Below are positions 47,662-60,190 of a stretch of 64,000 nt of DNA, one piece after another. Source of the DNA: Dicyema japonicum (Eukaryota > Animalia > Dicyemida); contig RDEW01000016.1 of assembly GCA_011109175.1 (NCBI GenBank), forward strand, positions 947,358 through 1,011,357. The letters are read 5' to 3'. The position numbers and the translations under genes were made by a program. Under the pieces are notes generated by a model. It did no database searches, had not been told where the DNA came from, and saw only the letters and a list, made by a program, of their open reading frames with translations. The stretch's first letter is position 1. Each line of letters opens with the position of its first letter.

Positions 47662-49365
47662 TGTCGCGAGCCACAGACTTACCTTGATAGCTAAAATGTA
47701 AATCATTGTCAAAAAATAAAATATTCAATTATTTCAAAGAAAACACTAACTAATTATTGATAATTAAATTTTAAGGCGTTTAGAATGCACCTTCTTTACA
47801 ATTCCCTCTCTATCTTTAACATTGACAAAATTGTTAAACAATTTAGCAACAATAGTGACAGCATCTCCGTAGGGATGTTCAAACCTTTGCAGACGTAGTG
47901 AAGGATTAGTTCCATAGTCCTTCTGAATTTTTCTGAATACGAACCTTTTAAGTAATTATAAATTATCTCCAATGTTAAATTCATATTTCGATCGATGCAC
48001 TCCCATCTTTTTATTCATCCTTTTATAATAAGGAGAATTCAATTCTACCCGAGGAAAATCAAATCCGATGTTCAGCCAGAAGGCCAATGTAATGTAATTA
48101 TAGGTTCGCCATATTGTAAAATTATTTTAATTTTTTTTTATTTAACCCAAGAACACCAATAGTTAATTTAATTGGATTAAACTAATTAGGTGATCCCGGC
48201 CGCCTCCATCAGGTCTCTCATCTTTTTTCGGTGGACCTTCCGAGATCCAACACAGCTTCTCTGAGGACGGGAGGGTTTTGAAAGAAAAGCAAGAGGGGTG
48301 ATGTAAAGTCTTCTAGTAAGACCCAATCCATTGGAGCATTGTAGGAAGTTGGATTTTCGGCACAGAGCGGCGAATCCCTTCCCATTTTGTCCGATAAGGT
48401 CTTCCAGAGAGGTGGGTGTGAGACTGACTGTTCTCACGAGCTTGCCGATAGTTGTAGCTGATAGGAACTGAATATCACTGATTTTCTGTTTGTTCGTCCA
48501 GGATAGGTTGATAGACGCACAGGCGTAGCTGATAGATTGCTCAATGAATTGTTTATGTAATAGTTTCAATGCTGGGAAAGGGGTTCTGATGCCACCAAAA
48601 ATAGAAAAAAAGATTTTAATAAATAAGTAATAATTTAATAATTATTATTTATATTATCGTAGAATTAATCTTTATATCGGAATATAATATATAAAAATAG
48701 AAAAAATGTAGTACTGATTAAATTTTAATTAAAATTCAATTCTACCAGGGTCTCCACCTCCTCTCATGCCGGAGCGGAATTGGCAGATCTTCTCGACATT
48801 CGGCAATGAACGGCATCATTAAGAGGGCATTAGAATCGGCTGGATTCCGTTGCCGGATCGAACCGACTGGTCTATTTGACAACGGAAGACGCCCTGACGG
48901 CATGACCTCCTTTCCTTTTGAGCGAGGGCGAAACCTTGTATGGGATGTGACCTGTGTCTGCTCTTTCGCCCCAAGCAAAAAAAATTATTCACCGGGCAGA
49001 CCTTCTTCTCAAGCAGAGGAAGTAAAAAATGCTAAATACTCTGATATCAGCGACAGGTACATTTTTCGCACCTGTCGCGATTGAAACTTCGGGGAACTTT
49101 GGCCCTAAAACGCTGAAGCTCCTGAACCATTTGGGAAAACTACTAACTGACAAAACTGGTGATCTTCGTGAGACGAGATGGCTCAAGGAGAGGCTCTCGT
49201 TGGCTGTTGTCCGTGGGAATAGCTTGTGCATCTCCAACAGCTGAATTAAAATTAACTATTCTTTTTCCATTTAAAAAATTTTGTAATAAAGGAAGTTGTC
49301 TAATTAAAATAACAGTTATGACACCAGATGACAGCTGTTATAGGTAACGTCTGTGGCTCGCGACA
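47662..49365 (-). mobile_element. Ginger-like TIR element, unit 2 copy
   Basis: TIRs tgtcgcgagccacagacttacc (from 47662) and ggtaacgtctgtggctcgcgaca (49343-49365). Confidence 0.5.
48736..49300 (+). mobile_element. 5'-truncated CRE-like insertion private to unit 2, 10-bp TSD
   Basis: IKRALESAG..IEPTGL..GRRPDGMT.FPFERG.NLVWDVTC, AIETSGNFG, RLSLAVVRGN; TAATTAAAAT at 48726-48735 and 49301-49310; empty site at ~25410 in unit 1. Confidence 0.92.
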
Positions 49366-49369
49366 ATCG

Positions 49370-50200
49370 TAGATATAAAGAACCCGCTATTATACATCTC
49401 AACTTACTAAAAGAGCTCCAGGAGAAATCTTACTGATAAAGCAATTCATAGAACAAATACTGAGGAAGCAATTTCATGGAACTCTTTTCGAATATCGACG
49501 TCAGGGAATTATTTCAGTGGTTATCACATAGGAACAATTCTCCAAGATCCGAAGGATTGGTGTGTCTTATACAAGACCGTAATCTGTTCTTCAACAATGC
49601 TGGAGAAAAGTGCAACCATAGTAACTCTCCAGGAAAGTGTCGACCATTTGACAACATGGTGTGGTCGTATGTTGAACAATGATTACCTGTGAAGACGTGA
49701 TGAGGTGGTTAAATACAAACATCTGCACCTGTGTCTTCAATATGGAATTAAGAAGACTAAGAGACTCGAGACAGACTCCGTGCAGTCTATTTTTGTTAAC
49801 GAGTCTGTAGAGATTAAAGAGGTACAACAATAGCCACGGACAATGAGTGATACAAAATAAAAACCGGACATATTTGTTGTCGATAGGATTATCCATATAA
49901 AAACTCTAATGGGGAATCACATCCCAAAAATCGCTAAAGTATGTCGAGAAGGCACACAAGTATGATCTCTTAGCAAGCGAACTCGGTTAATACACAAAAA
50001 AGTATAGAGTGCCAGTTGACTTGGGACTGTCAGCAAATATTACAAGCACCATTTAGAAGCCTTGAAGCTGGAATGTCCTTGAAAGCCTATGTACAGACTG
50101 TCACGATTAAGAAGACAACAGAGAGTATTCTTAATGGATACAAAGATTAATTGTGGACGACGATGAGTAGGTAGGTAAGAGTTACCCCTAAAAATATAAA
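49370..50200 (+). mobile_element. R4/Dong-like 3' portion (duplicate of 25500-26320)
   Basis: VDHLTTWCGRMLNNDYL*RRDEV, HLHLCLQYG. Confidence 0.8.
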
Positions 50201-51124
50201 TATGGGTTGGACACACTAGAAGGAGATATGGGAATAAGAGGGAGTTAATGGCACACATTTCTTCGAAAGAAGGAGAGGATTATTTGGCGTTTTTTAAGGT
50301 CATGTCTAACATAACTACAGGAAAAAAATTAAAAAAAGTAAATAAAAATTTTTGCAAAATACAAGATACTTAAAAAACGCTTTCAAGTTTAAAATTTCGG
50401 TGTTTAAATAAATGATGTAGAAGGATATTTATTAGATAGCTGTAATCGTGAAGAGGAATATGCCGTTTGCCAAATAATCGACGAGTTAGTTCCGGGGTAC
50501 AATCAGCGACACGATGTTAAAGTACTTTACTCGAGTTATAAAATTTACGATAAAAGTATTCAAATATGTCGAGACAACCGGAGCGATAAGCAACAAGTAC
50601 CTGATCGTCCTTAACAAACTCGGTAGTATTGCCTCGTTTAGAAGCCACTATGACAACTAAATGTGATGTTCATTCAGTTGGTCTCCATAGAACTCCTGGG
50701 GGAGACACTGCCATCAATAAAGTGGCAATAATAAATTAATCAGTTTATGAAATGACCTACTTTTTCAATAAAAAAATTAATTCACATATTTCTGTCGATT
50801 TTGTCAAAATAACTCACTAACTCGTAGGAAAGTATTAAGTGATACGTCTGTCCCATAGATCTGTCAACTTTGGGGTGTAGACAGACAGTGTACAAGTTCG
50901 GGACATTCAAAAAAGTGATTTGCAGTCAACTCATAACAAAAAACACCATTCTCATCATTCAGATACGTGCGTATGTTAATGAGAGGATACGTCATTTATT
51001 TATTTGAGAGGATACGTCATAAAGTGAGGAGGACATTAATTAAACAAGACTACACAAAAGTTAAACTAAATAAAAAATAAAAGTACAATGTGTGTTAATT
51101 ATTTTTAAATGGATTAAATTTAAA

Positions 51125-51882
51125 TTAGTTATTTCGATAATGATTTATTGCTGTTTGGTTAATGACGCAAATGTCCCTAAGATCTCTGAAATGTTCATTA
51201 TAGTCTATTCCAAATCCCACGATAAATCTGTCTGGTACACTAAACCCCACATCAGCTAATAAATTTAAAATGCAAACATTCTGGTGTCCCATTCTGTCCT
51301 GTAATTCGTTTTTGGCAGAGAATTGCTAACCTGACTGAATTTGGTTTAAAATCTGAGATGACTTTAATCAGTTTAGAGAGGGTTAACCCAGTATCGAGTA
51401 TATCATCGACAATCAAGACGTTCTAACAATTAACAGGAGTCAGTTACATTCTGATATACACATTCAAGGCAATCTTCAAGGGCAATAGTCACGTTTCCTG
51501 TAGATTTGTCGTTCTATCAATATAATAACGTTTCTACCGCGTAACTGCTAGCTTTGATGAATTCTGGTCTGATTTTCACATAATCTGAGTTTGAACAGTC
51601 AGAATTCAGCCTTTCAATAGCATCCATAAGAGCATGGAAAAACTTAAAGCCCCTTTGAGGAGGCACACCATGACTAGTTCCTGCCCTCTTGAATCATTCC
51701 AAATTTCCTGTGCCATTGCATCAATTCTTAATAATTGAAAAAGCTACCGATTTATAATCACATCGCGGCTAATCATAACACTTTCAATATGATCCGTTAA
51801 TATTGGGTGAACTCCATTCTTATCTGTGTGAATACATAAGTCGGGGATCTTCAATGATTCATAATCAAACCGTAATTGTCAT
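51125..51882 (-). CDS. HPRT1: HPRT copy 2 (one base short at 51650-51653)
   Basis: Same five micro-introns and motifs as copy 1; C-terminus [14 protein letters not shown], 3 nt longer than copy 1. Confidence 0.93.
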
Positions 51883-52454
51883 TTTATTAATATTTTAGGT
51901 CAGTATTTATTAAGAATATTTTTTAAAATTAAATCACAATTTTTTTTAATTTAAATAATAAAATAATGAGGCCTTAGTATTTTATTCAAAAACTCGAAAG
52001 ATTAAAAATAAAAATAATAAAAATCAATTTTTGTTATAAGTAAGGCGACTATGCCACGTGGCGCCAACGTTTGTGTAGTGGATACTTGAATTGAAGATTT
52101 TTTTGTTTGTTTCTTGTGTTCCTCCTCTTCTCTTTTGGCTACAGGGAGCTTGAATTGTTATCGTACGTCATATGATTCACTATTTCTTTGGCGCTAGATA
52201 TAATCATAAATTATATCCAAAAAGGACCATTAGTCAACAACCGTCCAGAGGAGTCCCCACTGAACGGCAACTCCTTTATGTCCGAGCAAGCGTGGACTGC
52301 TGAGGGAGGCTGGGATCACCCTAATTTTTTCATTCTGGCAATGACGGTGGTTTCTGGTCCAATAGATTTAATTTAAATTTAATTAAAAAATTTTTTTGAA
52401 CCACAGTTTTAAAAGTTTTTAACAATTTTGAAGAACATACGAATTTTTGACTTT

Positions 52455-52667
52455 ATGGGCAAAATCGGCCTAATTATCACTTTAGTGTTCGTTTTTGCCT
52501 CTCACGATAGCAACAGGGATCAACTAGAGAACTTACTGAGTTTTACGGACCTCATGGATTCTGAGAGTTGCCAGACATCCAAGACTCTTGAAGTTAAAAA
52601 AAACTTTTTGCTTATTCCTCAGTCGTCCTACAGCAATCCAAAGGAACCTGAACCTGTTAATGACTAA
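52455..52667 (+). CDS. hypothetical 70-aa protein, copy 2
   Basis: Same ORF as 28599-28811. Confidence 0.3.
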   Translation: MGKIGLIITLVFVFASHDSNRDQLENLLSFTDLMDSESCQTSKTLEVKKNFLLIPQSSYSNPKEPEPVND

Positions 52668-53459
52668 AATTATAATTTTTTAAATTTTCAACTAGAACCA
52701 CATGACTATAAAGGAGATCAACAGCTAACTTCACAATCGTACATTTTAAAAGTATACATACAAGATAACTATTTATTGCCCCACGATGACTGGGTTATAG
52801 GAGAAAAGTCATCAAAGTGATCCAAGACCGACAATGGAGAGGCCAACGCCGGCGAGAAAGATATGCCAAGGACTGTAGGAGTATTGTCTAGTTAAAGGTT
52901 GATAAAATTGTTAATATATTTTTAAATAATTTCAGTCATAAAGAGCCATAAAATATCTAACTATCTTGTATTCCTTAACCATAATGTAAAAACCGCATTT
53001 TAATGGAAAATTTATGAGTCAATAAATTTGCCATTAAAACATAATTTAATACTATAATTAATGACATTTACAGAGTTGACCAGTTAACTCCTTAACTCTC
53101 TCGGTCTTGATGAACATTTACAAACAATACATCGAACCATGCTTCTCGTACGCGTGTGCTTCGTGGGGACCTTCATTATCATGGACGAACACTAAGAAAA
53201 TCGAGGACGTTCAAAAGAAGGCTTTCAGAATGACGGAGCGGTGGTCTTGTGGGAGACACAGAACCGGACCGACTACTCTGGAGGCCCTCATTAAACAAAA
53301 CTCCGGCATGCGGGAAGGTGGCCCTGCAAATACAGTCAGCCGCCCAGTACGAGCTTGTGTGGGTACGAGGGAGGAGCACCGGGAAAGAATGAGGATTTTG
53401 GCGGAACGCATCGGATCACGTGATAGTTAGTTTTGGTTTTACCGTGGTCTTGAGGTGCT

Positions 53460-54552
53460 AAATAAAATAAAAAACTCTATAATTAATAAATTGTTACACC
53501 AGAGGTTTTCTCTGAGAGATTGAAAGCACAATCTCGTCAAGGTTGGGAGATTTTCAAAAGCGGCGTTGATTCCGAGAAGGTTTCGGAATTGCCATCATTC
53601 AAATGGTTCTCGGTTTATATCCGCTGATGTCTTTTCCTGCTGAGCCAGAGATTTATCAAAGATGAGTTTCCAAAGGGGACTTTGTATAGTTATGTAATCG
53701 TGAGATCTTCTTGATATTCCGTTTTTGATCAGTTGTTTCGACTTTGTAACAAACTGTCTTGTCGAGAAATAGTTTCTGTTTTTATTCGATAATATTTGGA
53801 AGACCAGCACAAACAATCACGACTAATTAATTTAAGGAAGAAACCCAAGGGAGGACGTTTGCTTGTGTCAACCAAATCCATCCTTCAACAGTCCATTACA
53901 GGCTTTCGCATCCGAAAAGAGTTAGAGGTCCATCTTCTTCCATTTTCATAAAAAGCTCAACTGACAGTGACATCACTTCATTCTTCGGGAGAAGATTTTT
54001 CATAATGATAATCTTCACCAGTGAAGTTGGTCGGGGAGAAAGTGAAAGGATCTTTTCCAACAATTGTGTCGTGTCAGAAGTACTCGTCGACTCGTGGATG
54101 TGATCCTGTCGACGAGAATTGACCCTTTACTGAAAAGTTCACATTTCGAATTCGAAACCACGACAGTCATATCCGATGTCATTGGATGTATGGATTCTGA
54201 AAATATCAGCATTGTCGGGGGAGGGCTTTTCTTCAGACTGTTCTTGCCTCTTATATAATCATGTTGAACCGTTAACCATATGATCAATAGAAATGTAACG
54301 ACGTACTTCTAAGAGCATAACAAACTTAACGACAGATTGACTAAAGATTCCAACTTGCAAGGTCATAGCTACATAATTGGGAGATTTCTTTGTGACTGGA
54401 TCGTGTTTAAGATATTCAACAAAGTCAGGTCGTATCCTTTAAAAAATTCCTTAATTCTTGACTCAGTAAATAATTATTAGGACGATTGTCATTAGACTCA
54501 AGTACACCTCAATGTCTTTGCAATGGATAAGCTTATATCGATCATGATCCAT
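53460..54552 (-). CDS. probable host gene, unresolved, copy 2
   Basis: Duplicate of 29600-30690; this copy opens MDHDRYKLIHCKDIE. Confidence 0.4.
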
Positions 54553-54715
54553 GAGAATCGATAATATCCTATTAGAAATAATATAAATAAAAAAAATATT
54601 TGTTTAATTTAATAAATTAAGAAAATATTTTAATAATATCCATGATCGTTTTTAAACGTAATCATTTTTGTTTTCTTGTGGTGAGGACCAAATTAACTTT
54701 ATAAAAATAAAATAA

Positions 54716-55435
54716 ATGAAATTAATAGCAATATCTATCTTATTCAAACACACAGAAAACGCAAAAACAGACTGCTTGTCACAGGCAAGCGATCTTGACT
54801 CCTTTGGTTACTTTATCCGCTCTTCGTAATCTATATAGTAATTTCTAGAGTTCGTCAGTTCATAAACTTTGCCTCTAAGCAAATCACGATGAGAACTCCC
54901 TTCAATACCCACCAGACCATCAAAGAAGAGGGTATTTTTTAAAGCTCATGTTGGTAGAGTACAACTGTCACGTGTTTGTTCGACCCGACGGACTCTGTGC
55001 TGTTGCCGTAACCGATTTAGAGTACCCAGAAAAGATTGCCCACTTTCTGCTGAACAAAGTGAGACATAATTTCCATTTTAGGTTATGGATGAATTCTCGG
55101 CTACTTTTAGGGGCGTTTCATGGAATTCTCCTGCGGATTGGTCCATCGAATATCCTACCTGATGGAGTACTTACATAAATATCAGGATCCAAAAGAGGCT
55201 GATCCGTTGGTGAAGACCCAACAAGACCTGGATGACATAAAAATCATCATAGTTTGGCCGTTTTGTGAAAGTAGAAAAATACCATACAATCGATGCTTGA
55301 AAGAGGGGAAAAGTTGGACGATTTGGTGACGAAATCAGAACAACTTAATTCACAAGCGAGATTCTTTTATACGACGGTCTGTGTTTATGTTTATTGTAGG
55401 CGAAAAAGGCTAATCGGTGCTGTAATTTATTCTGA
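54716..55435 (+). CDS. YKT6: Ykt6 copy 2 (one base short at 55158-55159)
   Basis: Same 720-nt span, introns and motifs as copy 1. Confidence 0.95.
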
Positions 55436-57320
55436 TCCATTCTGCTTGATTACTTTATGATTTTTGAATTAATTATTATTTATTTTATTATTTTTAATTT
55501 GTTATTTATAATTGTTAATTTAATTTGTATTTTTTAAAATTTGTATATTTCATTGTGGTGTTATTTATTACATTTTTTTCAATAATAATAATATTAAAAA
55601 TTACACTTTTAAATAATCTTTTAATAATCTTTTTAAATAAATTACACTTTTTTAATAATCCCAGAAGTACCTGATGGAAATTTTAACTAATTCCCACATA
55701 GAAACCTCCCTCTGTAGTAGGAAAGAAAGGGATTCTTTTTATAACTATCACATATTTGTTATATATCGCATGCCACAACGGTTACAGTGGTAATAAGGTC
55801 GGTCAGGGCGACTGTATTAACTATTTTTATTTTGTATTATTAATAAAGATAATAAAGGTCACTGACCCTGTTAAACAGAATCGGATCTCGGAGAGGAAAA
55901 CTGATAGAATAGAAAGGAGCTGGCTGATTGAGCGTAATTCCTTGCAAATCGTGAGGGGAAATGCGTTATAGATTATGAGAGCAGTCAGTAATTGCTAACT
56001 GTTAATTTTTGTCTTTAATTGGTTTAATAAATTTAAAAAAAAGAAGTTAAGTACTATAACGTTTATTTTAGTGTAACCGTAATGGCATGTGACATAGACC
56101 TATTGGGAACCACTCAACTGGATTGGATATATCGAAGACTTGATAGTGTTTGACATACAAGTAGGCTTACTACTTTATTATTCTAGAAATCCGGGACATT
56201 TATTAATTTTGATAATCAAAATACGGGACTTTCCGAAACAAAAAAAATTTTCATTTTTGAACTGAATATACTTTATCTAGAAATTTTTGATTTTTTTCAA
56301 AAAATTAATGCACAGCATGTCAATGTTCAATTTGCAACTCAAAACTGTTTTGAGGGTTCTTCTTTCATTCAGCCTCTTTCTTTTGACCAATTGGAATTCA
56401 TAGTTGAAAATATTCTTCTACAATATTCTTATCACAATCCCACATTACTAAATAATAAATATGATAATCTATGCTAATTAATCCAAGACTTTGAAGGTGT
56501 TAACTTCCTTTTCGATTTACTTGAGTATGAGTCCCTGAGACAATCCGGATCCCAAGTGATTAATCACTGACGACGGTGACGTCACTCGTCAATCCCGTTA
56601 AACCATATTATTTTGTATTTTAACAGATTTTGATTAGTTTTTTATATTTGCTGCGGGAGAGACCGGCACTTGTCTCATCTCATTTAATAGTTCCCTACTA
56701 GTTAGTGAGTTATTCATCCGTACTTTAAAGTAGCAAGATTAGAACCCGTGAAAATCAGGATTTTATCAAGCACATCCACCATAATTGAAAGTCAATAACA
56801 ACTGTTTGTCCAAAAGTAAAAAGGATATTTTAAATCTTATTATTTTTCGGTAAATTCTTCAACTAAAAACAAGCTGAGAAACCTATTTCACCAACGGATG
56901 AAATAAACAGATTCAGAAATTGTATTTCATTAAAGATTAAATTAGAATAAATATTGTCGTTTTTGATTGACGAAGTGTCGTTATTGATAGGAAAACCCTA
57001 TAAATGGAGTCTAAATTTTCTGTTAATAGAGTTTTTCTGGAAAAACGACATATTCCTCTTTAAGATTACAGCTTATCTAAAAATGTTTTTCTACATCAGC
57101 GTTTTCTCAACCTTTTTTCCAGGAAATCTTGTTTTTAACAATAAAATTTTATTTTATTAACTATGGGAAAAAACGGCTGCTGACATCACGGAGTAAGCGT
57201 TTCCGCATACAATTGCAATCCCAATTCGTTGCCTCAGCCAGACCGCTTTCACTAAATCTAGAAAATATTTTCAGGAGACTTCTTATTTTTTACATTCAAA
57301 TTAATTTAATATTGTTATAT

Positions 57321-57717
57321 TTATTATTATTTTATTTATTAACCCCGGATACACCAAGAAAGAAGTTAAAGTAAACAACTAATTCAGCGACAGGTACATT
57401 TTCGCACTGTCGCGATTGAAACTTCGGGGAACTTTTGGCCCTAAAACGCTGAAGTTCCTGAACCATTTGGGAAAACTACTGACTGACAAAACTGGTGAAT
57501 CTTCGTGAGACGAGATGGCTCAAGGAGAGGCTCTCGTTGGCTGTTGTCCGTGGGAATAGCTTGTGCATCTCCCAACAGCTGAATTAAAATTAAAATTAAC
57601 CATTCTTTTCTTTTTCCTTATAAAAAAACTAATTAAGTGTATCAGTTTCCATTCACAGAAACAGAGTCCATCCGGAATCAACATAAAAGGTAAGACGTCC
57701 ATTACATGCAGTTGTGG
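57321..57717. mobile_element. unit-2-private nested insertion: LINE 3' fragment (minus, 23-bp TSD) containing a CRE-like 3' fragment (plus, 8-bp TSD)
   Basis: AAATTAATTTAATATTGTTATAT at 57298-57320 and 57718-57740; AACTAATT at 57377-57384 and 57627-57634; inner piece matches 49050-49260. Confidence 0.8.
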
Positions 57718-58129
57718 AAATTAATTTAATATTGTTATATATGATGTATAATTGTTGGTTTTAAATAAAAAATGATTTTAAAACATGAAATCTAATTTTG
57801 TAGGGGATGTCTGGTTTCTGTAACTGAAAGCCATGCGCTTATCGCCCTTTCCTCGAAGGAGATTTCCGAAGTAAAATTTCAACAATGGAAACATCGCAAT
57901 GATCGCAATGGAAATTTTTTTTCTCCATAAAATAATATTATTTTAGAATGGAATTTTTCATTAACAAGAAATATGTTTTTACCTACTAATTTTATTACTA
58001 TTTACCTTCCGTCATAAATTTAGTTAAAATACTGAAAATGTCAGCAAGAAAAAACAATTTAGTTTAACTTTGGGGGATTTAAGCATTTCTAAGAAATATG
58101 ATATCCACACTCTCAAAAAATTGAAAATA

Positions 58130-59305
58130 CACCCGACCCTCGCAAATTAGCCACCTTGCAAATTGCCAACTTTTAAATTGGCCACATTTTGAAAATTTTT
58201 CTTAGAAAAATCCTATTCTCCTTATAAACATTTAATAAATACAGTTAAAGTAAAATATTATTTATTAACTATGGGGGAGAGCGACTGCTGACTTTACGGA
58301 GTAAGCGTTTCCGCGGATAACTGCGATCCCATTTTGTTGCCTCTGCCAGACCGCTTCCCGCACGTCTTTCTTACGGTGGGCCAATTTCCTTCGATTTCCT
58401 TTAAAAGAGGCTGTGATACTTCCCACCGCACCAGACGTCTCGATTGCCACCGTACAAAACGGTAGCGGTCCCCGATTTCGCCATATTTTTTAATCTTGAT
58501 GTTCTCGGCCAGATCGGCTACCGATCCAGCAGACTACGCCGAGCTGAGCATCATCGAGTTCGAGATAAAATCCACAACAGTGCAGTCCCATACGAGCGAT
58601 TTTCCCTCAGTGAACGGAAAGATTGTTAACCCATCCGGTCTTTTCCCGTCTCCGCGGTTCAATCCCACGGGCTTCCACCACTGCCGAAAAGCCTGCAGCT
58701 TCAAGAGCACGCATGACAATGTTGTTCATAGCAGCGTGGCGGGGTGCTCTGTCCGCACTCCTTTTGCACGATAGTGGATGCAGCCCTTTGGCATCGACGA
58801 TCCCTCCACAACGACATTGGTGTTCGACGCAAACATCAACTCCCAGGCGTTGTGCGATCCAATTCGAATACAGTCATCGTCCAAAAAGGTCCCTAGGGAG
58901 AGGAACACGGGAGTGCATCCAGCCACGCTCCGCTCCCATGGTTGGCGGTAGACACGAGGCATGCAAGACGATGCTGGTTGGCCTCAGAATTTAGCACGCC
59001 GAAGATATTCTTGGAGTAGATCTCATCCCAGTCACGTTGCCTCTAAGGATCGTTCGTCGTATCCAAACCAGTTTCACACCATTCGCGACGAGCTTCGTCG
59101 AAGACTTTTTCCCAAGAAAGTCCGGTTGGATAACGTAGGATATCTTGTACCAAAAGGCTTCCATTTGAGAGCGATGAACACATATGCTGGAAAAACGATC
59201 TTCAGCGCTGACCTGAGACCCTCTCCTCGAGGCGTGTAGGAAGCTTGCATTGGTTTCCAACTCGGTACATCAAAGTGGATGTTTAAAAGCAATTCAGCTG
59301 ATTAG
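58130..59305. mobile_element. unit 2 copy of the pogo left TIR plus the 3' part of the CRE-like element, truncated by a deletion
   Basis: TA|CACCCGACCCTCGCAAATTAGCCA at 58128; KRPDGLTIFPF..VWDCTVVD on the minus strand; joins the equivalent of 41550 at ~59305. Confidence 0.85.
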
Positions 59306-59509
59306 CAATGGAATGTGGTCACTGCCAATATCAGAAAAAGTAATTGGTACGTCGGCGTATCTGAATCAGTTAGCAAATCAAAAGACACCAAGCTTGTAAT
59401 CATTTTTCATATCTACGGATGTTACCAAATGAAATGTGCTCACTGCCAATATCCGGAAAAGTAATTGGTACGTCTGCGTATTCTGATAGCAGGGGAAATC
59501 AAGAAGACA

Positions 59510-60190
59510 AAGCTTGTCACCCCGTAGGGAGAGAAATGGTTATCCTCTTTTGATAAATTTCGATTTATAGATCCAATGTGTGATTCAATTCTCACAATTG
59601 TTCCGTTGTCATCAATTGCTAAAATAACGTTGAGATTCACCCCTTTGCTTGCCCTTACTAGAACTATCGCACGTGATTCTATATGGGATCGGCCGAATTT
59701 TTTTAATGTAAAGAGATTGAAATTTGTTTCGTCCGAATGTATTTTCTATTTGTATTACGTTGATAATCCAATGCAAATATTTTTTTTCTATATTTTCCAG
59801 ACTATTCCTGGAAATTGGTCTCTTCGCAGCATTAGTTAGGTAGTCACTCGGCCATCAAGTCGGTTATATATTGTCGCAATACAAACTTTATTATTTACCA
59901 ATGTTCGTATTTCCTTCAGTGTTATCGATGGATTATTCTCAATTTTTTCAATTATCAAATTCATATCATCATCCGTAAGTTTAATCGTAGCATTCCTTTT
60001 ACCTCCACGTTTACAAACAAACGGATTTCCACTTTTTACGATGGCTATAGCTGTTGTCTCCTTGACTAAGATCTCGAGCAAGCTGTATTTAATCGGCACC
60101 CTCTTCATCCTTATTTATAAGTGATCCTCTCGAAGCTTCTGATATTCTTGAATTTTTCTTGAAATAAAATTGGTACAAGAACAACGAATT
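59510..60190 (-). mobile_element. IS630/Tc1-like transposase fragment (duplicate of 41655-42290)
   Basis: KRGGKRNATIKLT...IENNPSITLKEI...IATIYNRL. Confidence 0.6.
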
